A DNA stretch of 64,000 bases from Rhodothermales bacterium (GTDB taxonomy: Bacteria; Bacteroidota; Rhodothermia; Rhodothermales; JABDKH01): positions 8 through 64,007 of the forward strand of contig JABDKO010000076.1 of assembly GCA_013002165.1 (NCBI GenBank), given 5' to 3'. Below, piece by piece: positions 10,437-20,297 of this stretch; the first letter of the stretch is position 1, and each line of letters starts with the position of its first letter. The position numbers and the translations under genes were made by a program. The notes beneath the pieces were generated by a model, which saw only the letters and a program-made list of their open reading frames with translations, did no database searches and had not been told where the DNA came from.

Positions 10437-11918
10437 ATGACTCAAGCAGAATATGAATTGGTCGTCGGGCTGGAGGTACATTGTCAGCTAAAGACACGAT
10501 CAAAGATGTTCAGCCCGGTGTCTGCGGAATTCTGTGAGGATCCTAACGTCCACGTCGATCCCGTAGTTCTGGGTCACCCTGGCAGTCTTCCAGTACCTAA
10601 CGAAAAAGCAATAGAATATGTCGCACGGCTTGGACTTGCCACGGGATGTTCTATCAGGCCCGTTTCCCATTTCGCCCGGAAGCACTACTTCTATCCGGAC
10701 CTTCCGAAGGGATATCAGATATCACAGTTCGAGGACCCGATATGCTACGAAGGCAGGATCGAAATACCGGCATCAAAGGATGAGCCAGAGTTTGTAGTTA
10801 GAATAACCAGGATCCATCTGGAAGAGGACGCCGGTAAATCGATCCACGACGGCAGCGACACGTCTACATTGCTGGATTACAATCGCGCAGGAGTACCTCT
10901 GGCAGAACTCGTCACTGAACCGGATATTCGAACTCCACACCAGGCCTTTGTATTTCTGAAGTACATGCGTCAGCTGGTCCGATACCTCGGCGTTTCGGAC
11001 GGCAATATGCAGGAAGGTTCACTTCGGTGCGATGCCAACATCTCCATCCGACCCAAAGGGTCAACTGCTCTGGGTGTCAAGACCGAGATAAAGAACATGA
11101 ATTCTTTCCGCCATGTAGAAGCAGCCCTCGGGTACGAATTCGAAAGACAAATTGACGCCCTGCGGAACGGAACGGAAATAATCCAGGAAACGCTTCTCTG
11201 GGATGTCGATCGGCAGATTACAAGGTCTATGCGGTCCAAGGAAGATTCTCACGACTATCGCTATTTTCGCGATCCCGATCTTCCACCACTTGTTCTAAAC
11301 CCGGAATGGTTGGAACGAATAAAGGTTAGTTTACCGGAGCTGCCGACCACGAAAGCAACCAGGTTTGTCGAGCAGCTTGGACTATCTGACTACGATGCAG
11401 ATGTGCTGACCGAAGAGCGTGAGACCGCAGAGTACTTTGAGCGAGTTCTCGCTGCGCTTGATCGTGACAATTCATTGGATCAGGTCTCAACAAAAAACGC
11501 AGCCAATCTGGTAATGTCGGATGTGCGCCGAATCGCGAACGAGCACTCACTGGAGATCGAATCGTTTCCGATTGACCCCGAACAGCTGGCAGGCCTCGTT
11601 GTCCTGCGTGTTGCATCAGAGGTCTCATCCTCGGCAGCTCAGAGAATTATTGAGATCATGCTGGATTCAAACATGAGTGCGCACGAAATCGCGGTGCAGC
11701 AGAATCTGCTCAGCGTAACGTCGGAAGATTTACTGATTCCATTAGTCCGTCAGGTCATCGATGATAATCCAAAGCAGGTGGAGCAGTACCTTTCAGGTAA
11801 GGAGACATTGATAGGGTATTTCATCGGTAATGTCATGCGCATGTTCGATGGATCACCTGATCCGCAGGTTGTTCGCGGCCTGTTACAGGAAGAGCTCGAA
11901 CGAAGGGCGACAAATTGA
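10437..11918 (+). CDS. gatB: Asp/Glu-tRNA amidotransferase subunit B
   Basis: GLEVHCQL, RKHYFYPDLPKGYQISQ, HLEEDAGK, LRCDANIS, EIKNMNS and DYRYFRDPDL. Confidence 0.97.
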   Translation: MTQAEYELVVGLEVHCQLKTRSKMFSPVSAEFCEDPNVHVDPVVLGHPGSLPVPNEKAIEYVARLGLATGCSIRPVSHFARKHYFYPDLPKGYQISQFEDPICYEGRIEIPASKDEPEFVVRITRIHLEEDAGKSIHDGSDTSTLLDYNRAGVPLAELVTEPDIRTPHQAFVFLKYMRQLVRYLGVSDGNMQEGSLRCDANISIRPKGSTALGVKTEIKNMNSFRHVEAALGYEFERQIDALRNGTEIIQETLLWDVDRQITRSMRSKEDSHDYRYFRDPDLPPLVLNPEWLERIKVSLPELPTTKATRFVEQLGLSDYDADVLTEERETAEYFERVLAALDRDNSLDQVSTKNAANLVMSDVRRIANEHSLEIESFPIDPEQLAGLVVLRVASEVSSSAAQRIIEIMLDSNMSAHEIAVQQNLLSVTSEDLLIPLVRQVIDDNPKQVEQYLSGKETLIGYFIGNVMRMFDGSPDPQVVRGLLQEELERRATN

Positions 11919-12034
11919 AACACCCGACCCTCTCGCGATCATAAATCCGACTTTAATCAGATCTAACTGATATCTTCCGACCGGCCGTTTTAGTAGCGAA
12001 CGCTCGCCAGGCAATCAACTAATCAACCTTTCGA

Positions 12035-13408
12035 ATGACGCATTACCCCGGTTCCCGCAATGACTCGTTAGTGTACTTTTGCGCGGTTTCAATATTCATT
12101 GCCGTTTCTCTAACCGGCTGTCGTAGTAAACCTTCGGCAACAGTCCAGTCCTATCTGTCCGGGACCCTTACAGTGTCCGCGGATGCCGACAGCACGGGAG
12201 ACTATTCGGGTTTCGAGGTGGCCGTGTTGAGCGCCAACACTGAAGACGATCTAGACACACTCGGATATGCTATTACGAATACAGACGGGACATTCGAAAT
12301 GGCGCTTCGTTCTGATGAGCGCGGCATCTTTCCAGTAGAAATTCGACGTAATGATCGACTCCTGATTCGCGATCAATTTGCGCTTGCAGAAAATGACTCG
12401 GCGACAATACGGCAAGAGTTTCCGATGAAACGATCCTTCCTGATGTTCAGATCGGTAGAGAACGGAGCGTGGATGGCATATCGTAATACGCGCGCATTAC
12501 ACAATCAGCGGCTGGCGGATCTCTCAGCATCGTCAAGTGCGACTCTCGATGATCTGCGCGCAGCAGTGCTGCAGGCCAGTGAGATCATGTGGTCCCTGAA
12601 TGAATCATACCCCGGGACGATTGGTGCTGAACTCGCAATGACAGAGTCGATCATGATGCTTGAGGGGTGGGATGATTCCCTGGTCACGGCCCGTTCTTAT
12701 ATGATCGAACCAACAGACGCCGGATTCATAAATAGTGTGCAGGCACTTAGGAGATCGACCGCCCGTCAGTTCGGGGTTGCCGCTGCTGTGGACTCGCTTG
12801 AGAGTCGCTTGTCGGGGATCAGTGATCCGGAAATTGCCAGTGCTGTTCGGGCAGAGATCGTACTTGCGCATCTCGACAGCATGGACGTGACCGCCGCCCG
12901 CGCAGCTGCTAAACAACTGGAATCGAAATCCGATTCGGACAAATGGGACTCGTGGGCGACGTCGGCCATGTACGAGATGGATAATCTCATGCCGGGAATG
13001 GCTGCGCCCAACGCGAACTTTACTGATCTTGCCGGTCGCGAACTTGACCTGAATTTCTTTTTCGACACAACCGTACTTCTTGAGTTCATAGATCCATCCG
13101 ATCTGGCGGCAGTCGTTAATCAGAGAGCACGAACCGATTTACTTAAACTGTCTGACGGCACAAATCTTCAGGTCATCACAATATCTCTGAATCGGGACCG
13201 AATCGCCAACGAGATCTATCTTGAAAACAGGACGACGGTGGAGGCGTATATTGTGCCACGCCTTGGAGTCGACAGCGAGATCGCCAGAGCGTACAATGTT
13301 AAGTCTGTTCCTAAGCGATTCCTGATCCATGAAGGTCGGATATTTGCGAAGTATGGCGGGACATCTGTTGCCGGAATCCGCCAGGACATTCTATCGTTGC
13401 TCGACTAG
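12035..13408 (+). CDS. Lipoprotein with C-terminal TlpA/thioredoxin-like domain lacking the CxxC
   Basis: Lipobox SLTGC. The C-terminus has GMAAPNANFTDLAG, VLLEF, VITISLN and YNVKSVPKRFLI (TlpA-like scaffold), but IDPSDLAA stands where W-x-x-WCxxC is expected. Confidence 0.6.
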   Translation: MTHYPGSRNDSLVYFCAVSIFIAVSLTGCRSKPSATVQSYLSGTLTVSADADSTGDYSGFEVAVLSANTEDDLDTLGYAITNTDGTFEMALRSDERGIFPVEIRRNDRLLIRDQFALAENDSATIRQEFPMKRSFLMFRSVENGAWMAYRNTRALHNQRLADLSASSSATLDDLRAAVLQASEIMWSLNESYPGTIGAELAMTESIMMLEGWDDSLVTARSYMIEPTDAGFINSVQALRRSTARQFGVAAAVDSLESRLSGISDPEIASAVRAEIVLAHLDSMDVTAARAAAKQLESKSDSDKWDSWATSAMYEMDNLMPGMAAPNANFTDLAGRELDLNFFFDTTVLLEFIDPSDLAAVVNQRARTDLLKLSDGTNLQVITISLNRDRIANEIYLENRTTVEAYIVPRLGVDSEIARAYNVKSVPKRFLIHEGRIFAKYGGTSVAGIRQDILSLLD

Positions 13409-13437
13409 CAAAAATAAATTTAAAGGAAACACGTTTC

Positions 13438-14202
13438 ATGAGATTTCTTATTGCCGGAAACTGGAAGATGAATACGGATCGACACGCCGCCGCTGTCCTT
13501 GCCGCTGGAGTTGTCGAAGCAAGCGGAGGTGTCTCCGAAGTTGACGTCGTGATCTGTCCACCTGCCATCAGTCTCGACGCCGTATTTGGTGAGATACACG
13601 GAACGTCAGTCAAAATGGGTGCGCAGAACGTTCATTCAGCAGATTCGGGAGCATTTACTGGCGAGGTCTCGGTCGAGATGCTGAAATCTGTCGGGTGCCG
13701 ATACGTAATTGTTGGACACTCGGAGCGCCGCGAGTACTTTTGCGAAACAGATGAGTCGGTTAACGCGAAAGTCAAACAAGCCGTAGCACACGGCCTCGTT
13801 CCAATCGTCTGCGTTGGTGAGAAACTGAGTGAGCGAGATTCGGGTCGGGCAAGCGACGTTGTTACGCGGCAGGTCAATGCAGGATTAGCTGACGTCAAGA
13901 TATCAGCAGCCGACGAATTGGTCCTGGCATACGAGCCAGTCTGGGCAATCGGCACGGGACGAACCGCAAGTCCCGAGCAGGCGCAGGAAATCCATGCACT
14001 GATTCGGAAACTCCTTGTGGAGCACTTTGGTGATGCGGGCAAGGACGTGCGAATCCTTTACGGGGGCAGTATGAAACCTGCCAACGCAGCAGACCTACTC
14101 CAACAAACCGATGTTAACGGTGGTTTGATCGGAGGCGCCAGTCTGGTCGCTGATCAATTCGACGCAATAGTCCGGGCAGCCGTTGACGTTTCAACGGATT
14201 AG
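13438..14202 (+). CDS. tpiA: Triosephosphate isomerase
   Basis: AGNWKMN, GHSERR, AYEPVWAIGTG, YGGS and GGASL. Confidence 0.98.
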   Translation: MRFLIAGNWKMNTDRHAAAVLAAGVVEASGGVSEVDVVICPPAISLDAVFGEIHGTSVKMGAQNVHSADSGAFTGEVSVEMLKSVGCRYVIVGHSERREYFCETDESVNAKVKQAVAHGLVPIVCVGEKLSERDSGRASDVVTRQVNAGLADVKISAADELVLAYEPVWAIGTGRTASPEQAQEIHALIRKLLVEHFGDAGKDVRILYGGSMKPANAADLLQQTDVNGGLIGGASLVADQFDAIVRAAVDVSTD

Positions 14203-14208
14203 GCAACC

Positions 14209-14544
14209 TCAGTCGCTTTTGGATTCGCTGGATGAGCCGCTTGTCTTCGAGGACTCTTTCTTCGAGGATTCCGTCGATGATTTGTTTTCAGTTTTGGCAG
14301 CCGCCGACGGAGCAGATTCTGATTTAGTGCCCCGCGATTCTGATGCGTCTTGCTTCCCTTTCTTCGCACGAGCATAGTCGGTCAGATAGAAGCCGCTTCC
14401 CTTGAAGATCAGTCCGGTGCCTCCAGATATGACACGAGAGACCTTCTGGCCCGTTGTCGGACAGGTCGTCAGAGCATCCTCACTAATGCGCTGCTCTAGT
14501 TCGAACGTGCTGCCGTCTTCTCTCTTGTAAACGTAGGTAGGCAT
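14209..14544 (-). CDS. FmdB-family (zinc-ribbon-like) regulatory protein with Ser/Lys-rich tail
   Basis: MPTYVY...CPTTG...LIFKGSGFYLTDY signature; start at ATG 14544. Confidence 0.85.
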   Translation of the reverse strand: MPTYVYKREDGSTFELEQRISEDALTTCPTTGQKVSRVISGGTGLIFKGSGFYLTDYARAKKGKQDASESRGTKSESAPSAAAKTENKSSTESSKKESSKTSGSSSESKSD

Positions 14545-14619
14545 GGATAGGCGTGTTTTATCAACTGATAGGCGTCGTCTAAGAGTTCGGACAAATAATG
14601 TTCCGAACGGCACGCCATG

Positions 14620-15873
14620 TCAATTTGAACGGTTTTTGGAAACGAGTGGCAAGCCGACAGCGGAAGCGAATGCGGGCCTTACTGCTGATATTTTACGATT
14701 GGCTCGCGTTGGATGTACCCGGTTCGTCAACAATATCGCATAAACATCTAGTTCAGGATCAATCCAGATGGAAGTCCCGGTATATCCGGTATGTCCAAAA
14801 CTGTCGCGACTAAAGTACTCACCGGCTGACGTATACCCCTCAAGGCTTCGTAGATCCCACCCGATTGCCCGTTCTTGTTGCCCGGGTCCTGCTGGTCGCG
14901 ATGTAAATCTGGAAATCGTCTCCCGCGCAAGAAAGGGTTTGCCGTCGATCGTGTTTCCCGTCAGCATCATCGTTGCGAATTTTGAGAGATCGGCAGCGGT
15001 CGCAAACAGGCCGGCATGTCCGGCCGTTCCGCCAAGAATATATGCTGTTTCATCGTGCACGACACCGTGTACGAGCGACTTGCGAAACAGCGTATCGACC
15101 TCGGTTGGCGCAATGTTTTCGACATCAACCTGGTTGCTGCTTCGGAACGCAGTTGAACACATTCCCAACGGATTGAAAATATACCGGGTCGAAAAGGAGT
15201 CGAGAGTCATCCCGGCAATTTCCTCAATCACGCGACCCATTGTTATCATGCCCAGATCCGAGTAGGAAACCCTGGTGCCGGGTTCAAACTGTAGTGAATC
15301 ACTCATTATTGCACCGAGGATCTCGCTGCGCTCATGTAAACCAAGCAGATGGTACGGTCTGAACGGAATGAGTCCTGAAGTGTGCGTTAGCAGATGAATA
15401 ACGCGAACATCGTCCTTGCCGCTCTCCCCGAATTCGGGCAGATACTCTGTCACCCGGGCGTCGAGGTCGAGGGCACCTGCTTCGTATAGAAGCATAGCCG
15501 AAGTCGTAGTTGCTACCACCTTCGTCATGGACGCGAGGTCGTACACCGTTGTCTCGTGTACTGAATCCGGGTCAGAATAGGACAACGTTCCGTATCCCCG
15601 GGAATACGCGACGGTGGTAGGTGTTCCGATCGAAACAGATGCCCCCGGGAAAGCCGAGTCAGCAATTGCGGTAAGAATGACGCTATCGATTCGAGCAAGA
15701 TCCTGCTCTGCAAAGCCGGCGAGTGCGGGATCGTTGTCCTGCTGAACATTCTCGACGCAAACGTCGGACCCTTGCAGTCGCTCTGTTACGAGAGGTTGAC
15801 AGGACGCAAGCAGGAGAAGGACAGGGGCCAACCGCCACACACCCGGAATCGTATTGAAAATTTGACCGTTCAT
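14620..15873 (-). CDS. Serine hydrolase, beta-lactamase class C/AmpC-like family, probable lipoprotein
   Basis: SMTK (SxxK), LLTHTSGL, YSDLG, GHAGLF and GHTGYTG; lipobox-like LLLASC. Start uncertain. Confidence 0.88.
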   Translation of the reverse strand: MNGQIFNTIPGVWRLAPVLLLLASCQPLVTERLQGSDVCVENVQQDNDPALAGFAEQDLARIDSVILTAIADSAFPGASVSIGTPTTVAYSRGYGTLSYSDPDSVHETTVYDLASMTKVVATTTSAMLLYEAGALDLDARVTEYLPEFGESGKDDVRVIHLLTHTSGLIPFRPYHLLGLHERSEILGAIMSDSLQFEPGTRVSYSDLGMITMGRVIEEIAGMTLDSFSTRYIFNPLGMCSTAFRSSNQVDVENIAPTEVDTLFRKSLVHGVVHDETAYILGGTAGHAGLFATAADLSKFATMMLTGNTIDGKPFLARETISRFTSRPAGPGQQERAIGWDLRSLEGYTSAGEYFSRDSFGHTGYTGTSIWIDPELDVYAILLTNRVHPTRANRKISAVRPAFASAVGLPLVSKNRSN

Positions 15874-15959
15874 CTGACAAGGGAGGATACTAGAAGTACT
15901 CCCAAGGTACGAGCCGCTTCGATACCCGGTCAACACGGTGAAATCAGGCTGGACGTAAT

Positions 15960-18245
15960 CTACGACGCAAGTCGATTCGATTTGACTGCAATGTTTCGCT
16001 TGATCATGTCCAGCAATTCATCACGGCCGAAGGGTTTACTAAGATAATCATTGAAGCCGCTGCGGATGAACTTTGCCTCGTCTCCGGGAAGTGCGTAGGC
16101 CGTAACGGCAACCACAGGCACGGACGTGTTGCCAAGTCGACGTATTTCGTTAAGAGATTCGACGCCGTTCAGTCCCTCTCCCAGATTAATATCCATAATG
16201 ATGAGATCGAACTTGTTGTTCATGGCTAGCTCAACAGCTGCATTTCCCGACGATGCAATCGTAACGTCATAGTACTGGCGGATCAAGCGGCTCACTAGCA
16301 GCTGGGTATCCTTGTTGTCTTCAACCAGTAGAATCGAGGGTAATTCAGACATAACGAGATTTTCTCCTGGACTTTTCTTTGAACTGGCTTGGCGAACCTG
16401 AGTAGCGCCCGGAACCCGAAACGAAAATGTTGAGCCCTGACCCTTGACGCTTTTTACAGAAATACTTCCTTTCATCACATCGAGCATCCTCTTGGTAATC
16501 GCCAGGCCTAAACCAGCGCCTTCGTGCTTTCTGGTAAGACCGGATGACTCTTGATGAAACTCCTTGAAAATGAGCGGAAGGAATTCTTCGGCAATGCCGA
16601 CACCCGTATCCGATACATCTACACGAACCCAATCGTCTTCGGAGGCCACGTGGACCGAAATCGAACCTTCTGAAGTAAATTTGAATGCGTTGTGCAACAG
16701 ATTCTGGAGTACGCTTGCATAAATCGATCGATCGATTCGTGCAAAAAGGACATCATGATCATTCGTTACATCGAGAGCAATTCCCCGGTTATGTGCTTCG
16801 GGCCCAAACTGCAGAACTACATTATTGGTTTCGACGACAAGATCAAGGCGCTCGGCATTGAAGTTGACAGAGTTGGACTCCAGTTGCGCAAGATCGAGGA
16901 ATGCATTGAGGGTTTTCAACAGGCGGTCGCCTCCATCCCGGATGTATTTAACAAGCTGAAGTTGTTCGCCAGCCAGTTCTTCCTGAAGCACCTGGGCAAA
17001 GCCCAGAATTCCTGTCAGTGGAGTACGAATCTCGTGACTCATATTTGCCAGGAAGGAGTCTTTCAATCGTATCATCTCCTCGGCGGTCTCCTTGGCATTT
17101 TCCAGTTCACGCTGGGTATTCTTAGTCTCAGAGATGTTGGTTAGAGTCAGCAGGACTCCGCCAACGCCGGATGCAGTCCGCAAATCCTTGATGTTGATTA
17201 GCACGTCGTGCCAGCCCTCATCGTTTATTCTGAATCGGGCTTCGAGCGCAGGAATACTTTCATCGTCCGATCCGAAGAAAGCATGGATCGCTTCAATGTC
17301 ATCGGGATGAATCATATCGGTGACGGACTGACCTGCAACACTCGATCCGGACCGACCGGCGGCACGCGTGTATGTCGCTGAAATCCACTTGATCTTCAGC
17401 TCATCGTCTATAACAATGAATATGTCATTCGTATTCTCAACGATTGTGCGAAAGCGCCTCTCACTCGCCTTCAGTGCTGTCTCGAATTTTACCCTTTCAG
17501 TCTTCAGAGCCGCGACCTCGCTCGTGTAAAGAGCCATGTCTTCATTCGCCTCGTCAAGCTGTTCCGACAATCGGTTCACCCGAGTTGTCATTGTGTTGAA
17601 CGTCCTGGTAACGGCGCCGATCTCGTCGTCACGGACGTCATGGATTGGAGCTCCCGAATCGCCTGATTCGACCAACCTCGCGGCATCGACAAGGCGCTTG
17701 AGCGGACGAGTAATGACCGACGCTAGTATCAAGGAGCCCGCCAGCCCGAATATCAATACAGCGAACGCTAGAATCGCTGCTTCAAGTTTTTCTGCCTTGA
17801 TCGACTCTCGTGCAGACTCTGTCGAAAAGCCGGCGTAGAGCTGCAACGATGATTCAGATTCTACGGGTATGCTCACTCGATACAGCTGCCCATCCGAAGA
17901 GACGCCTGGCAATGCAGTCATTGCCTTCACGTCATCGATATTTGACCCCGTGCGAGTGTACGTAGAAACAACACCGTTTTCCGAAGCGACAATAGCGTAC
18001 TCGAGATCTGCTCCGTTAATAAGTTGATCGAGACGATCAGATAGCATTCCGATGTCTTCGGCAGCAATGCTGGAATTAAGAGCAGATGCCAGCACTGAAG
18101 CCTGGCCCTGAAAACGGGTTTGATACAATTCACTCACATCGGTCGAAGGACCGAGTGTCAGGGTCTGATACACGCCAAACGAAATGAGGGTCATCAGCAC
18201 GAACATGCCGAGCCCGATATTCCATCGAACGGAATTCATTCTCAT
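15960..18245 (-). CDS. Hybrid sensor histidine kinase/response regulator (TM-HAMP-PAS-HisKA-HATPase-REC)
   Basis: Two TM segments, HAMP (DEIGAVTRTFN), PAS (IHPDD), FLANMSHEIRTPL, NAFKFT, DTGVGI, GAGLGL and REC (LVEDN...IMDINL...SKP). Confidence 0.93.
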   Translation of the reverse strand: MRMNSVRWNIGLGMFVLMTLISFGVYQTLTLGPSTDVSELYQTRFQGQASVLASALNSSIAAEDIGMLSDRLDQLINGADLEYAIVASENGVVSTYTRTGSNIDDVKAMTALPGVSSDGQLYRVSIPVESESSLQLYAGFSTESARESIKAEKLEAAILAFAVLIFGLAGSLILASVITRPLKRLVDAARLVESGDSGAPIHDVRDDEIGAVTRTFNTMTTRVNRLSEQLDEANEDMALYTSEVAALKTERVKFETALKASERRFRTIVENTNDIFIVIDDELKIKWISATYTRAAGRSGSSVAGQSVTDMIHPDDIEAIHAFFGSDDESIPALEARFRINDEGWHDVLINIKDLRTASGVGGVLLTLTNISETKNTQRELENAKETAEEMIRLKDSFLANMSHEIRTPLTGILGFAQVLQEELAGEQLQLVKYIRDGGDRLLKTLNAFLDLAQLESNSVNFNAERLDLVVETNNVVLQFGPEAHNRGIALDVTNDHDVLFARIDRSIYASVLQNLLHNAFKFTSEGSISVHVASEDDWVRVDVSDTGVGIAEEFLPLIFKEFHQESSGLTRKHEGAGLGLAITKRMLDVMKGSISVKSVKGQGSTFSFRVPGATQVRQASSKKSPGENLVMSELPSILLVEDNKDTQLLVSRLIRQYYDVTIASSGNAAVELAMNNKFDLIIMDINLGEGLNGVESLNEIRRLGNTSVPVVAVTAYALPGDEAKFIRSGFNDYLSKPFGRDELLDMIKRNIAVKSNRLAS

Positions 18246-18359
18246 ACGCGAAATGTGGCCGGAAGCCAGGATATATCTGCACTAGAGGATCGTGATCACG
18301 GCAAATCGTCCATTCTACACTGATTGGGAGCGTCAGTGCCAAAAGATCTACGTACGATA

Positions 18360-18386
18360 GTATCGGCCGCGACCAGCCGCCGTTTA
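18360..18386 (-). promoter_or_regulatory. sigma28 (FliA/SigD)-type promoter upstream of the hybrid kinase
   Basis: Minus strand reads TAAA-CGGCGGCTGGTCGCG (15 nt)-GCCGATAC versus consensus TAAA-N15-GCCGATAA. Intergenic and correctly oriented. Confidence 0.65.
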
Positions 18387-18467
18387 ACGTCACGATTGCT
18401 GCGTTTCCGGCGCATCCTGACCACATCTGGAACGCATGTGATCAAAGTGCAAACAGTACCCGACTCA

Positions 18468-20120
18468 TTATGGGAGGACCGTCAGCTTGCGCGTTTGGGC
18501 AGCGCCCTCCATTTCCACTCTTACCAGGTAGACACCGGACGCCAGTCGTGATGTGTCCAAGGGAAGCCTGTGGCTACCTGCCGGTAAAGTATTGGAAAAC
18601 GATCGCAGTATCTCCTGACCGAGGAGGTTGTAGGTAATGATCGACGCCTCCCGTGGCTCATCCAGCGTAAGATAGATCGTCGCGAAAGATCGCACCGGAT
18701 TCGGTGCTATTTCGAATCGAAGATCCGGAGGGATGGCCAGTGGTTCGTTGGAAACCGTGGTAACGCCGGAGAAAACGTACGACGCACCTCCCGGGTCAGA
18801 GCTTGACGCTATTCCGCTCGCTCCTACAAGTGCGCGTTCTCCATCTATGGACACGGAACTGCCGAAACTGTTATTGCTTGCTGCATCGCTGGCCGTGAGC
18901 TTGGCATCCTCTGCCCACGTTCCACCGTCTCGTAAGAACATATATGCTGATCCGCTCGCTGATCCAGCGTCATCGTCGCGGATCGATCCGACTAGCGCGC
19001 GGGAGCCTGAGATTGCGACCGAAAACCCAAATTGGTCTTCCAACTCACCGTCGCTGGCCGTAAGTTTTTGTTCCTGTATCCAGGACGCGCCCGACAACAG
19101 ATAGACATATGCGGCACCGGCGTTTGTACCTGCCCCGTCATGTCTCTGCGAGCCGACAATAACTCGATCATCCGAGATTCCGACGGAGAATCCGAAATTA
19201 TCACCGCTTTCGCCATCGTCGGGCGCCAGTTCGATTTCCTGCATCCAGGTCTCTTCCGAGCGAACGAAAACGTACGCCGACCCTTGTTCGAAATTCACGC
19301 TGCTATCGTTCTCCGCCCCGATTATCGCCCGATCATCCGATAATGCTACTGATGTGCCAAACTGCTGATTCGTTGCGCCATCGTCGGGCTCGAGTTTGGC
19401 TTCCTGAACCCAGGCACTTCCCGTAAATCGAAATACGTATGCCGATCCTTCGCCAACGCCATCTGAATATGCTCCGACGAGGGCCCGGTCGCCGTTTAGC
19501 GAAACGGCTGCTCCGAAGGCATCGCCACCAGCGCCGTCGCTGGCGGTCAACACTTCAACTTGTGTCCATACCCCCTGAACTCTCTCAAACACATATGCCG
19601 CGCCGGGTCCTGCTGTTGGGCCGGTCCCTCCGAATGCACCTATAAGCGCGCGGTCACCTTGTAGTGAGACGGCAGACCCGAAGTGATCATTTGCTGACGC
19701 GTCGTTTGCCAGGAGCTTGGCCTCCTCGGTCCACGATGTTCCATTTCGGACAAAGACGTAAGCGGAACCACTTCTGAATCCGAAATCGTCGTCGTAAAAT
19801 GCCCCGATTAGTGCCCGGTCACCGGAGAGCGAAACAGAAATTCCAAAATTTTCTCCGGCCACACGATCACTAGCGACGAGAATAGCCTCCTCGTCAATCA
19901 CTGTTTGGATTGCTGCCGAGATGTCAGCTGTCGAGCTGTGAGCAGTTCCGACTTTCAGAGCGTTGTCGTCAGGTCCGTACGACTGTGCGAGCACGGGCGA
20001 AGTGACCAGAGTCAACAGAATCAATACAAAAGAAATTCTGAATCCTGGGCCATGAAGCGGTCGTACCTTTACGCGGAAAGGGGGATGAGAGCAGTCATTT
20101 GAGGGGGTCATAACTGGCAT
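18468..20120 (-). CDS. FG-GAP-repeat beta-propeller protein with T9SS (Por) C-terminal sorting domain
   Basis: Signal peptide ending SPVLAQ, seven FG-GAP repeats, and C-terminal PNPV...YNLLGQ...LASGVYLVR...TRKLTVL. Confidence 0.9.
   Translation of the reverse strand: MPVMTPSNDCSHPPFRVKVRPLHGPGFRISFVLILLTLVTSPVLAQSYGPDDNALKVGTAHSSTADISAAIQTVIDEEAILVASDRVAGENFGISVSLSGDRALIGAFYDDDFGFRSGSAYVFVRNGTSWTEEAKLLANDASANDHFGSAVSLQGDRALIGAFGGTGPTAGPGAAYVFERVQGVWTQVEVLTASDGAGGDAFGAAVSLNGDRALVGAYSDGVGEGSAYVFRFTGSAWVQEAKLEPDDGATNQQFGTSVALSDDRAIIGAENDSSVNFEQGSAYVFVRSEETWMQEIELAPDDGESGDNFGFSVGISDDRVIVGSQRHDGAGTNAGAAYVYLLSGASWIQEQKLTASDGELEDQFGFSVAISGSRALVGSIRDDDAGSASGSAYMFLRDGGTWAEDAKLTASDAASNNSFGSSVSIDGERALVGASGIASSSDPGGASYVFSGVTTVSNEPLAIPPDLRFEIAPNPVRSFATIYLTLDEPREASIITYNLLGQEILRSFSNTLPAGSHRLPLDTSRLASGVYLVRVEMEGAAQTRKLTVLP
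18775..19880 (-). repeat. Seven degenerate intragenic FG-GAP repeats (about 55 aa each)
   Basis: Recurrent L-x-A-x-D....FG-x-SV-x-[LI]-x-GDRA[LI][IV]G[AS]...G-x-AY[VM]F units. Boundaries approximate. Confidence 0.85.
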
Positions 20121-20297
20121 CGGTTAGACTAAAAACTTGCTACCACCTACAACAACGTAGAAATTGGTTTGAAAGGATCACAGGTCGAGCTCCCGGGACG
20201 ACTGACTTCCGTTCAAACCAGCATGATCGTCAGCCTCTCAGGCAGCTGCAATGACTATTTGCCGCTCGTTGAAATCCGCCACCGACCTGAAAGCGAG

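Noticed and set aside
14620-15873. Possible antibiotic-resistance beta-lactamase
   Set aside because: GHTG and GHAGLF motifs fit the broad esterase/peptidoglycan-recycling serine hydrolase group; no mobile context.
18775-19880. Periodic sequence as a possible CRISPR or DNA repeat array
   Set aside because: The repeats are degenerate, in frame and protein-level (FG-GAP); there are no identical direct repeats with spacers.
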